DNA from: Lama glama
Lineage: Eukaryota
DNA: 64,000 bases
Direction of reading: 5' to 3'
Assembly (NCBI GenBank): GCA_028534125.1
Contig: CM052818.1
Span: 23,128,001-23,192,000, forward strand
Shown: piece after piece, positions 25,240-35,900 of the stretch
How the letters are laid out: every line of letters starts with the position of its first letter
Position numbering within the stretch: position 1 is the stretch's first letter
The notes under the pieces: generated by a model
Databases searched by the model: none
Told to the model about the DNA's origin: nothing
The model's input: only the letters and a program-made list of their open reading frames with translations
Position numbers and translations under genes: made by a program

Positions 25240-25530
25240 CTCTTCTTCACCCTGCTGTCTTCTTCACCCTGACGTTTATAGACTTCACATCAAGCTCCGT
25301 CTGGCTTCAAGGTGGGTTTGGCTGATGGAGAGCTCGGCAGGAGATGGTGGGGGAGGGGAGGACGGAAAGTGAGGGGAGACTGGCTCCCTCCTTGTGAGGT
25401 CTGCCTGGCTGACTATGTCCTTTGGTGCCTTGACCCATCCTGGGTTCTCCTTCCAGGTTCTAGTAGTAGATCCCACTCCCATCCCTTGGGGAGAGATGGT
25501 AACAGCTTTACTGTTTCCTGTCCCAGGTTA
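25240..25530. mobile_element. ERVL LTR remnant (LTR33-like)
   Basis: tctggcttcaaggtgggtttggctgatgg.gagc..ggcaggagat. Confidence 0.55.
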
Positions 25531-25599
25531 TAGCGCTGGCCCGCGGGCCCCCCGTACCACACATTTGTAAATATATCCAGTGTTCACTGTGGTTTCCGT

Positions 25600-25720
25600 T
25601 TCCTGTTGGGAACCTGAATGCTACAGTGGGGAGGTCTTGTCACTGCACCTCAAGAGAGACCTCTTGGAGCTGGAACGAGGCCAGTGGAGGGCAGCTGAGA
25701 TGTGGGGGGCTGGGTGGGAT
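25600..25720 (+). mobile_element. CR1/L3 ORF2 C-terminal relic
   Basis: ECYSGEVLSLHLKRDLLELERGQWRAAEM resembles CR1 EYCVQFWSPHLKKDILELEKVQRRATKM. Confidence 0.7.
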
Positions 25721-26779
25721 GCGGCGGGAGGACAAGGGATCACTGTCCTCAAAAAGGCTGACAGGGACCTTGATCTGCTTTCTGGAATGGGGTGGAAGAT
25801 GAACTTCCCCCTACACGGTCATCAAGGATCCTCTAGAGCTTGAGAGGTAATTTAAAAAAATATCGTGGTCCATCTCCTTCACATAGTTGGGACTAATGTA
25901 GCACTTTCTCCACCCTGGGGGGCGGATAGCATGGGCTTGGGTTCACAGAGAAGTGAACTCGGGAGATGAGATGCATGACAGACCTCAAAGGAGTGCTTAA
26001 AAAAGGTCTGGCTCCTAGGGGACAACCTCACCCTTATGGGATGATGCCAGAGAGGCGGACCTGGTCTCCTTAAATTGCTCTTTGGGTTTCCCATCAAAGG
26101 TAGAGTGTGGGTCTTGGAATCCTTGCCAAGGGAGAGGCAGGTCTGAGGAGATCATTGATCTTTTGGGTTGCGGTGGGGCACTGTGCTCCTGGGCGAGAAC
26201 GGTGGGCAGAGAGGAGGGATCACAGTCTTGCAGGAACAATCGTCTAGGCCTGATTCCCAGCTGTTCAGCTCTCTGGGCCATCACCTGTCTCACAGAGTAG
26301 CAGTGAGGATTAGGTAAGACAGTGCACAGGAAGGCCCCTCTTCCTAGCAGACTGAGTCTCCTCACGCTCTAAGTCCACCTAGTCCCTTTCTGGCTCTGCC
26401 ACCAGGAGCAGGGGACAACCAAGCCTTGCGGGCTCCGGGCTCCGGAAGCCACAGAGTGAAAGTAAGAAGCTGCTGTCATGGATGGGGGTGGGTGGGCACA
26501 TTAGCCTGAAGCCTCCTAATCCCATTTTCTGGTTTCATGTTAATCCTCTTCCTCCTTCTGTCTGCCACACACTCAACTCCCAGGGCACTGACCCGGAGAG
26601 CTGGGGTCCACCTCCTCCAGGCGACAGCAGTGTCCCTGGTGGGGGTGCTGGAGGTGGAGTGTGCGGGGGACGGTCTGGCTGGCCCTGGGTCCTCCCCAGC
26701 TGACCTGGGTACTCTTGTAGGCCCGGCCATGTCTGAACACTGAGGACTCTGCTTACTTATAACAATGATGACAGTATCA

Positions 26780-26975
26780 GACAGTGTTTCCTGAGCACTT
26801 GCTGTTTGCTGACACTGGCTAAGATGTTTATGTCCATAACTTCTTTCAATTCCCATAACAGTCCTGTGAAGCAGGTATCATAAGTGTGAAATTTGCAGAT
26901 GAGAGGGTGGAGGCTCAGGGAGTTGTCAGCCCAGATCACACAGTGAGCAAGAAGCAAGACCGGCCAGAATTCCAA
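26780..26975. mobile_element. MIR SINE
   Basis: ctgagcacttgctg...cataacagtcctgtgaagcaggtatc...tttgcagatgag...ggaggctcaggga. Confidence 0.8.
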
Positions 26976-29064
26976 CAGAGCCTTATCGGGGAGGAGTGAC
27001 AACACGGGCCTGGAAAGGACCCATTGCCTCCCTCCTCTGAACTCGAGGCTTCAGTTGGGTGAACACATTTCTCCCGGGCACTAGACCTGGGTATCACTGG
27101 CTATGCAGTGGAGTGGAAGGAACATAGACTTTGGGGTGGGCAGGGGTGGGCCCAGCTTCTGCAAGAAGGGGACAAGATGTTCCCAGGAACTGAACGTTTT
27201 CCAGGGAGACAGGTGGCTGCATGTAATAGGCCATCTAGGGGAAGGGATGATTTCGCCTCTGGCTTTCATTCGCTACCCCCTTCATTTCAGGGCACTCAAC
27301 CACCTCTCCATCCCCAGCTGCAAATGCCCTTCTCTTTACTCTGCAGGACTGAGTCTCACCATTTTTGCCCTCCACGTACAGGTTCGGAGGCAAGGCTCAC
27401 TCCCTGAGAAAGAAGCGATCCAGCATCCCTTTGGCCACCTGCATGTGAGTCTCTCTAAAAAGGTTTCGTGCACTTTGGAACTCTGTTTTAGTTTGGCACA
27501 CATGCAAACTGAGTAAGGGCTCCCTGACTCTAACTTAGATTCCTCCCCTCCTGCACAGGCGTGGAAGTTAGGGCTGGGTGAACGCTCACTAAATCCCTTA
27601 GCAACTGTGACCTGGGCTTCAGGTTTCAGGCCTGTATAACTGCAATGATAATCATACCTCACCAAGGCCAGAGTCTGCCCCTCTCCACTGGCCAGTGAGC
27701 CCCTCATCTGGAAACTTCTAGAAGCCCAGAAGGCAGTGGTTGGTTTGCCTTTAGTCTCCTCTTTCCTCACTGAGGCTCGCAGCTCCCGAGCCCTGTGGGC
27801 CTCTGCTGACTGTAACCAGGGTCTTAGTTTCCCTCCAGATGGCACAGGCCCCACTGGCCTTCCTACCCCCGCCCCGTGGCACCTCACTGGGCCCAGCGTG
27901 GTGCTGTGGTTCTCCTGCCCTCGGGCGCCACAGACTGGCTTGAAGTTGGAGGCCAACAGAGGGCAGTGTAAGCGCTAACGCTGGATGACACGGGACAGGC
28001 TACAGGTGTGGTAGCACACAGACTCAGCTGAGGAAAAGGGTCTGGAGGCTAATGGAAGCTGAGGTCCTCCTGGGAGGAGTGGGGATGGATGGTGGTGAGC
28101 ACGGGCAGGACCCGGCTTGGCTGAATCATGGTGTGAGATTCTGTGGAAACTCTGACCCTCTCCACCCACCACAGTCACCAAGCCCAGGTTGGCAGAGGCA
28201 AGATGTGGGGTGTGTGTGCTGGGCATGGTGGTGGTGGGGAGCAACCTTGACGGTCCAAGCAGCATCTGTGATGTGGACTCCGGAGCTAACACTGGCTCCT
28301 CAATCACTTAGAATTACGCCCCCCCCACACCTGCTGAGAAGAAATCGAGTCCTGAGTTGAAGTTTGGTTACTCTTTTTTAAAGCCCTCAAAGGTTTGTGG
28401 ACTTTGAGAATATTTTAGAATGTTGTGTAGGAGAGACGATGTGGGATTTCAGGTTAGAAGACTTGCATCCACGCTGGGGCTCTCTTTGGCCTCAGTGTGA
28501 TCTGGAACTCTTTTGCTCTCACTTCCATACACTTGGGTCTTCCCCTGCTAGATTCTCCCTCCTAAAAACCAGGAAGAGGGGACTGGGCTTTCCGATGGCT
28601 TTCCTTTCTCTCCACTTTCCATATATTTATTTCCTGCTCAGAGAAAGGGTCTGAAAAAGAAAAGTGCGCCTTATCTTGTGGGCAGTGGCGAGGATGGCCG
28701 GGTGCCTCCCTGCACGGAGGCAAAGCCGACCCAACTGGAGGCTGCTCAGGTCCCCTGGCGTGGCTGCCATCCCACCATCAGGACATGAATCCTTTGGGTA
28801 AAGGCTTGGTATGTAAGAAGCCAGTGTGTGTTCAAATTTTAACCTTGTGTCTCTGGTCAGGACATGGATGCGGAGGGCCAAGGAGGGAGAGGGGCTCCAT
28901 GGGAGCTGGGCCTGAGAACACGTTTTGCTGACTTCAGTGTTTGCCATGGACCTTTCACTCCTCCAAGGACATCCTCCATGACACATTGTCCCAACCCCGA
29001 CAAACATACATCAAAGACATAACTGAGGATGAGTAAGCCCAAGAAACTGTGGCTTGGGAAGAGT

Positions 29065-29863
29065 CCTTGCTGTGAAATGTCGTTTTATTAATTGACTTTT
29101 TTTTTTTTACAAAAATAAACATTTTAATGAATAAGAAGTACAAAAGCTTCTGGATATACAAACTCCAGGAAGGGGGAGAGGCTGGTTTTGGCTGCTTTGC
29201 GGCTTTCACTGAAAGCAAATGAGGCAGAAAGGCCCCACCCCCACTCCAGGTCCTGGCTCAAACTGCTACCTGCTCCTTGACCCCACGACTTGGCTCATAC
29301 CTTGTGTGCTCTCTGCCCCGGTCCCTGGGCGGGCCCATGAGTGCTCCCTGTCGGGTGCCCAGAGGTGGCCACCCACGTACAGAATCGCCCACAACCTATA
29401 GCATCCCTCCAATCTCCCACTGCGAGCTTGGCTGAGAGAGCGCTTCATGACCGATTGTCCCCACGCGGCCCCCGCCGGGCCATGGCACATGCAGCAGCAC
29501 CAGCAGCAGGGGCTCTGGCTACATTCTCACACTATGAACACAGTGATGGGGCTGCCCATAGAACCATCCCAGTGAGGGGCAGAGCCCCCAGTGGGGAGAC
29601 CAGCCTGAGCCTTGCTGGCAGCCCAGAGGGTGGGAGGGGCAGTCAGCCCCCCATGATTCCTGGCCCTGAGGCCAGCAGTCCCAGACCTAGACTGGTAAAC
29701 TCACATTTTAACATTTGGCAGTATTGCACGTTGTCCTGGTCACCTCGGTCTGTCTGGGATGTCAGCCTTGTCTGCAGTGGTGCCCAGGTGACATGCAGTG
29801 CTGCTAGTGCAAGTCACAGGCAAGCCCAGCTGGCAGGGATGGTCAGCTGAGCCCACAGACAGG
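29065..29863 (-). other. PKDCC: PKDCC 3' UTR (about 800 nt; 3' end approximate)
   Basis: Lies between the stop codon and AATAAA; AU-rich terminal 120 nt. Confidence 0.8.
29084..29089 (-). terminator. PKDCC polyadenylation signal AATAAA
   Basis: Plus-strand TTTATT about 775 nt downstream of the stop, in an AU-rich context. Confidence 0.85.
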
Positions 29864-29949
29864 TCAGCCAGAGGCCCTCACGTATGTGGTCTTGCTGGGA
29901 TCAGGGACCACGTGGCTCCATCCTGTCTTGAAAAAGACCAGTTGCCGGC
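29864..29949 (-). CDS. PKDCC: PKDCC exon 7 coding part ([27 protein letters not shown])
   Basis: Acceptor CCCCAG|GC; TGA at 29866-29864; too short for the ORF track, translated by hand. Confidence 0.96.
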
Positions 29950-32900
29950 CTGGGGACAGAGATGAGAGGTAACTGGACTGGATGTTTCTCTCCCCGGAGG
30001 CGGGGCCACTCTCCCTAACACAACTGCCTTAAGGATGCTTGTCTCTCATCATCTCAGCTTCCTTGTCTTCTCATCATTTCTGGTTTCTGATGGGGGACCA
30101 CTATCTGTTAATCTCTTCCAGGAGGTCAGGTCACCGCCCTCAGGATGTCCTTTCCCACTGGCTCACCTGTCCAGGTGGTCTGATTGGTGACTACGAAAGC
30201 CCGGCACTGGGCATGGCTCTCACAAATGTCCACAGCCTCAGCCAGGCTGAACACTGACAGGAGGCAGCTTCCGTGGTGGTAGGATGGCCAGCAGCGGTAG
30301 TCTTCCTGGGGGACGGTACTGTCTGGGAGGCGCTGGTACTCTGTGGGTTGGGGACGGAACTCAAATGAGAACTCTGTGTCCCCAGGGGAGACGGCTGGGG
30401 TCGCTTTCTCTAAGGGGCTGTGAGACTCATTTCTTAGGTGAAAGCTGAAATCTAGCCCAGTGCCCCCAGCATGGAGAGGAAGGCAGCTACCGTTGTGGAA
30501 CCGGGATAACCACTCAGGAAAGGCAAAGCTCAGGTTTAGTTTTTGGGAGACGCACATCTCCCAAATCTAAGGGCATGCAGCTGGTTCAGGCTGCACATGA
30601 TGGTGGGCACACGCATGGGATAAATGCACATGTGAGCTACAGACTGTCCAGGCTGGTTGCTGAGCTCAAGACATTCTAGACATTCAAAGCCAGGTTGCTC
30701 AAACTTCAATGTGAGTGTGAATCTCCAGAGAATCTGGGTAAAATGCAGATTCTGATTCAGAAGATCTGTGGCGGGGCCTGGGAACTGGCATTTGCAGCCA
30801 ACTTCCCAGTGCTGCCAGTCTGTGGACCACGCTTTGAGTAGCAAGAGTTTAGAGCTGCCCTTTGGTCCCATTTCCTCCTGGCCCTGGGGAGAGAAGTTAG
30901 GCAAGCTCGTAGGGGCAGGCAGTCAGGAGTTTCTGAAGTTCAGAGGCATGCAAATAAATGTAAAACACACAAAAAAAATTACCATGTGGGAATCCACAAC
31001 TTCAGTGTTAGGGGCGGAGGCTGGAGGAAGAATCTGAGATCTCCCCATTACACAGAAAGAGCCCCCAGAGGCTCTGGAATCTCCTCAGTCCGGAAGCTGT
31101 TTAGCTCAGGCCTCCTGTTCCCTGAGTCCTTCCCGCTGCCTGGGGAGCCCCAGCTCGGGGCTGATAATGCAGAAGCCCTGGGCCTCTGGCCACCCCGCCC
31201 TCCTGCCTCCTCCTTCTACCAGGGGCTAGACCAAAGTCCAGGGTTGGCTGTGATTTATTGCCCCATAAACGGCGTCCTCAGGGACAGAGCCAGCCATTGT
31301 TCACCTCGTTAAACTTTATTTACAGGGCTAACGAGGGCTCCCCCACCCCTCAGACTGGCCGGAGCTCCTTGAATACGGACGCTGCCCATCCCTCGCCCCC
31401 CACCAACCACGCTAAACCCCAGGGCCTCAGCGCAGGGACCACAGCCCCGTGGCTAGGATCCTCTCCCTGCTCTGGGGCTCCTTAACTGGTTTCAGTGTGG
31501 AGACCTTCTCCACCTCCAGCTGCCCTCCTAGCCCCAGAAGGGCGAGGAAGGAAAGAGAAGCAAACATACATTGTGCTCCAGCTGTGTAACAGGAAATGGG
31601 CTAATTGCTTTCACACATTTCACTTGGCATTTACTCCCCATGAGACTTTTGTGAGGCAGGTAATACTGAACCCAACTCACAGATGAGGAAAGTGAGGTTC
31701 AAGGTGTAAGAACTTGCTCAAAGTTACATAGTCAGTATATCGTGGGGTTTGCAGCCACTCTAGGAAGGGGTGTTGGTCCCCACCCCTCAGTTCAAGGCCC
31801 AATTATAATTGTTCTCACTCAGCCAGAGATAAGACCTCTAAGTGAAGGCTAAGTGCTCAGCGGTCTCTCCATCACCCCAAGTGAGGCTGAGAGGGAGGAT
31901 GAGCCACTGGGCCCTCTTTGGGAGGTCACTCACCCTTGCATCTGCTCCCCACCTCCCCAGCCCCTAGATCCCTGCCGAGGCCACGCACCGGCTCTGCTGC
32001 CTGCCGTGGAGTTCTGCAGATACTGCCCGCTCCGGTACAGGTGCAGCACCTTCTCCAGCTGGGCCAGGGTCTCGTCCACACCCCAGGTGAGCTCTCCTGC
32101 AGAGTGCAGTGTGGCTATGAGAGGGTATCTGGGCTCCGACTTCTCCCTGAGGTGGGCTGCCAGCTGCCTTTCTCCCTCTCCCCTTGGAGCCTGGGTCCTG
32201 ATGTCCAGAGGATCAGGGAGAAGGGCTGCCACAGAATGTCACTTTGGGAAATGATGGTTTCTGGACCATGAGCTGTCCTGGGTCATTCTTGTTACCATGC
32301 CTGCTGGGGTAGGAGCAGGGTGATGGGAAGCAGGTGGGCCCTGGAGAGCTCACCTGTGGCGTTGACAATGCTGTCCAGCAGAGGCCGTAGTGAGGGTGGG
32401 GCACTGTGGGGCAGGAGGTATGTGAAGAAAAACCTAGGGCAGAGAGAAGTCAGGGGCTCAGTGATCCTGCCTTTGGGGACACACCCTTCTCTACCCCAAC
32501 TTGGGACAGAACCCCAATCTGGCCAGGAAGCCTGACCCCTCAGGCCAACCAACTAGGCATCTATACCCCCAGAGCGTGCCACGGCGTCTATTCAGACTCA
32601 GGATAGAGGTCTGGGCACATGCTAGGGCCACGGGTAATATCATACCAAACCGAAATCTGAGGTCTGTTTTCCCCAGCTGTCCCCAGGACTTCCCCACCCC
32701 CTAAGCCCCACATTATCGCCCCGTTGACCAGTGTCAGAGCAGACCCATGGCTTGGTCCTATGAGGAGCTTCCAGGGGTGAAGGGCTAGGGGAGGAAGGGG
32801 CAGTGCCCATCCCACCAGCCCTGGGCTCTGAGTCTGACACTATTTTAAGAAGCCTCCAGCTGCCACCCTCCAACCCAGATTCTCCTTGGAGCTGACTATT

Positions 32901-35900
32901 TTTAGCTTCGGGAGCCTGAATGTTCCCTTCCTGACTGGGTGGAAGCCTTTCCCCGCCCCTGCTGCTCCAGTGGTCACGGCCAAGTCTCCCCGCCCTGGCT
33001 GTTGCCCTGAACCCCACACTGGCTGTCTCCCTGCTGGTGCCCCTGGGGCCCGCGCTCCATCACTGGCCTTCCTGAGTGGGGGTGGAGGGCACCTGTAGGC
33101 GTTGTAGAGGTTGCGTTTCTCGTTCATGGCCTCGCACCAGCCCTGGGCTGAGCAGGGCAGGGTGAAGTTCCTGGCTGGGAACTCGAGTATGCAGTCGGCG
33201 CTGCCTGAACACGGCGTCTCCTCCACGCGGGCGTCATCCAGATCTGTCACCTTCAGCTCCCCATCCACCAGCACAAACTGTCGGGGGCGGAAGTCCAGCA
33301 GAGTGACGGAGCCCAGCGGGGAGTGGGCCAGGTGGTGGAGAAGGCGGCCCAGGCTCAGGCAGATCTGAGGGGCAGACACCGGGCTGCTCATTGCTTCTCT
33401 CCTGGGAGGGGGCCTGGGGGCTCCAGGACTCCCTCTTTTGGGGCTTGGGACTTAGCTGGGATGGGGCGAGGGGTTGCCTTCCTCTTAAAGGCTCTAGTGT
33501 TCACTAAGGACCGAGGCTTGGGGCCTTACTGAGCAAGTCAGTGACTTTCTGTTACCCCTTGGCTGGCCTGGCCCTGCTGGTAACATGGAGGACGTAGGGA
33601 ATGGGCAGCAGGGAAGTCTAGGGACGATGAATCTCCTCCCTGAAGGTGTATCTTTAGTGTAGCTTCTGTCCAGTGTATGGAAGTAGAGGGAGGGTCAAGA
33701 TGAACTTAAGATCTTTTCTGGTCCTAGGACGCTGACCCTCCTGCAGCCGGGGTGAGGGGGTGTGTGTGTGTGTGTTTGGAGCAGGAGCACAAAACCCTCA
33801 GGATCTTCTGTCTTGTTTCTTTTTTGAACCCTTTGGCTGATGGCCGAGTCAGCTTTGCTCCATCCTTCCCTCCCTCTCCCTCGACTGAGGAGGAGTCAGA
33901 GCTGCTCTGGAGGGCTGGCCTTCTAAGGGAGAACCATCCCAGCAAATAGCCCAGAGCCCGGCCCTCCTCCCTGCTCACTCGGAATCGATCCTCCCAGGAA
34001 GTCTGCAGCAGCTGGATCATTTCCACCGGGGCGCCCAGCTCCGTGATGGTGGTCAGAGTGTCCGGGATGTCCTCGCTGTCCTGGTAGCAGTAGCCATAGA
34101 GCTGGAAGAGGCCCAGGCAGGTCATGAGGTCACAGGGTGGGGGTGGGGACAGGGAAGGGCTGGGCTGTCAAATGCCTCTTCCACCTCATCCCTAGGTCTT
34201 TGCTTCAGCTCAGGCCAGAATAGAATAGCAACACTGCCCAGGAAGCCTGTCCTGTGTCCCAGAAGCCTGAGTTCCTACTGACTCCATCAGCCCCTTACCT
34301 CTGCCATTCAGGTAAATGGGCAGATCTGGCTACTGTGTGTTAACCATGTGCCAGGCACTGTGCTAAATGTTTTGTATGTATAACTCAGTCCTTAGAATAA
34401 CCTTAATAGAGCATGGTAGGTACTATTATTATCTCTAACTCGCACATGAGGAAACTAACTCAGAGAGGTTAAGTTACTTGCACAGGGTCACACAGCTAAG
34501 AAATGCAGGAGCTAGGATTCAAATATATGTCACTCTGATTCCACAGCCTGGTTCTTTCCAAGAGTACCATTTGCTAATCGACACACCAGTGGGTGGTTAT
34601 TATAACTCCTCTCCTGCTCTAACCCTTGTCCTTTCTTCATCATATCCACTTTCTGGCACCTTCATTTTTTCTCTGCTGTGGGCTTTCTCAAGGAGAAGCA
34701 ATCTCCCTTGGGATTGGTAACAAGTGTTGATAAGACAAAGTGTCTAAGGGGCAGATCCTCTAGTGTTCTTTGCATAGTTGTTGGGCAGGGCAGGGGGTCA
34801 CTCACATCGGGTAGTGGTAAGAGATGGTTCCTGGGGAAGACTAGCCCTTTGAGGGCACGCTCACAAGGCCTGCCCACGCCACATGATCTGGGGGAGGGGC
34901 TTGGTACAGCTCAGCTGGTCAGGGGCTTCTGGGAAGCACAGCCTGACTTTGTCACTAACACCTAAACCAGCATCCACAGAGAGCCCTGCTTCTCCCAGCC
35001 TCTCCCACAACACTGCACACCAGCTAGGGATCAGCCGGTGCTGAAAACAACCAGCACCCTGTGGGGTAGGAACACAAAGGCTGAGTTGTCCAGGCCAGAG
35101 TAGGGAGAGGAGAGAGCTGCCCAGGGTGGGGTGGGGGTGGGGGTGGGGTGGGGCAGCGAGGGGGCCAAGCCCCTGAGCTAGATGTCCCTGTATACTGTCA
35201 CCCTTCACACCCTTCCCAGCACCACTCCAGGCCCTGACATGCTCCCTTGCATCTCAGGAGCGCCCTTTCAGCTCCCTCTCCCTGGAGCCCACCGCCTCAG
35301 ACCAGCAGGCAGGAGGGCAGGCATGTCTCAGTGTCTGCCGTCAGATCACTAGGGCTGAGACTTGGGGGACCAGGGCAGAGCCCCGGGTGCCCTCTTCTTC
35401 CCTGTCTCTCCACCCTCCCCTCCCTGACCTGCATCAGCCTAGGGAGGCCCCAGACCCCAGTGGGGCAGAGGTAGGGGGAAGTAAGGGGAGCAGTGCTGGG
35501 GCCTGGTTCTCATTTTCTTGCCCAGAGTTTGAGCCTTTGTGGGAAACTTCTGAAGGTTATTAAACACCCGGAGGTCGTTAAATGCGCTGTTAACGAGGTA
35601 TTAATCAACACCCCTCAGGAAAAAAAAAAAAGACACCATTAAACCCCCCCCACCACCACCAGAAGGAAGCGTTAGGCTGAGCATTTCAGTTGCATCTTTG
35701 GTTCATTTGGGAGAAGAAATATACTCTAGCAGGGCCAGAATTTGGGAAGAGGCCTGGGGCCCCATCTGAGGCCTGAGGCCCTGGGGGATGACAGAGGTGC
35801 AGGGGAGGGAAGACCCCTGTACCCTTTGACCCTGGGCTATAGAGGCATCTATCACATGAGGGACTCTGTGTGTGTGTGTCTGTCTGTCAGAGGTGGGCTG

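Noticed and set aside
29151..29160. Pumilio element in the PKDCC 3' UTR
   Set aside because: Reads UGUAUAUC, not UGUANAUA
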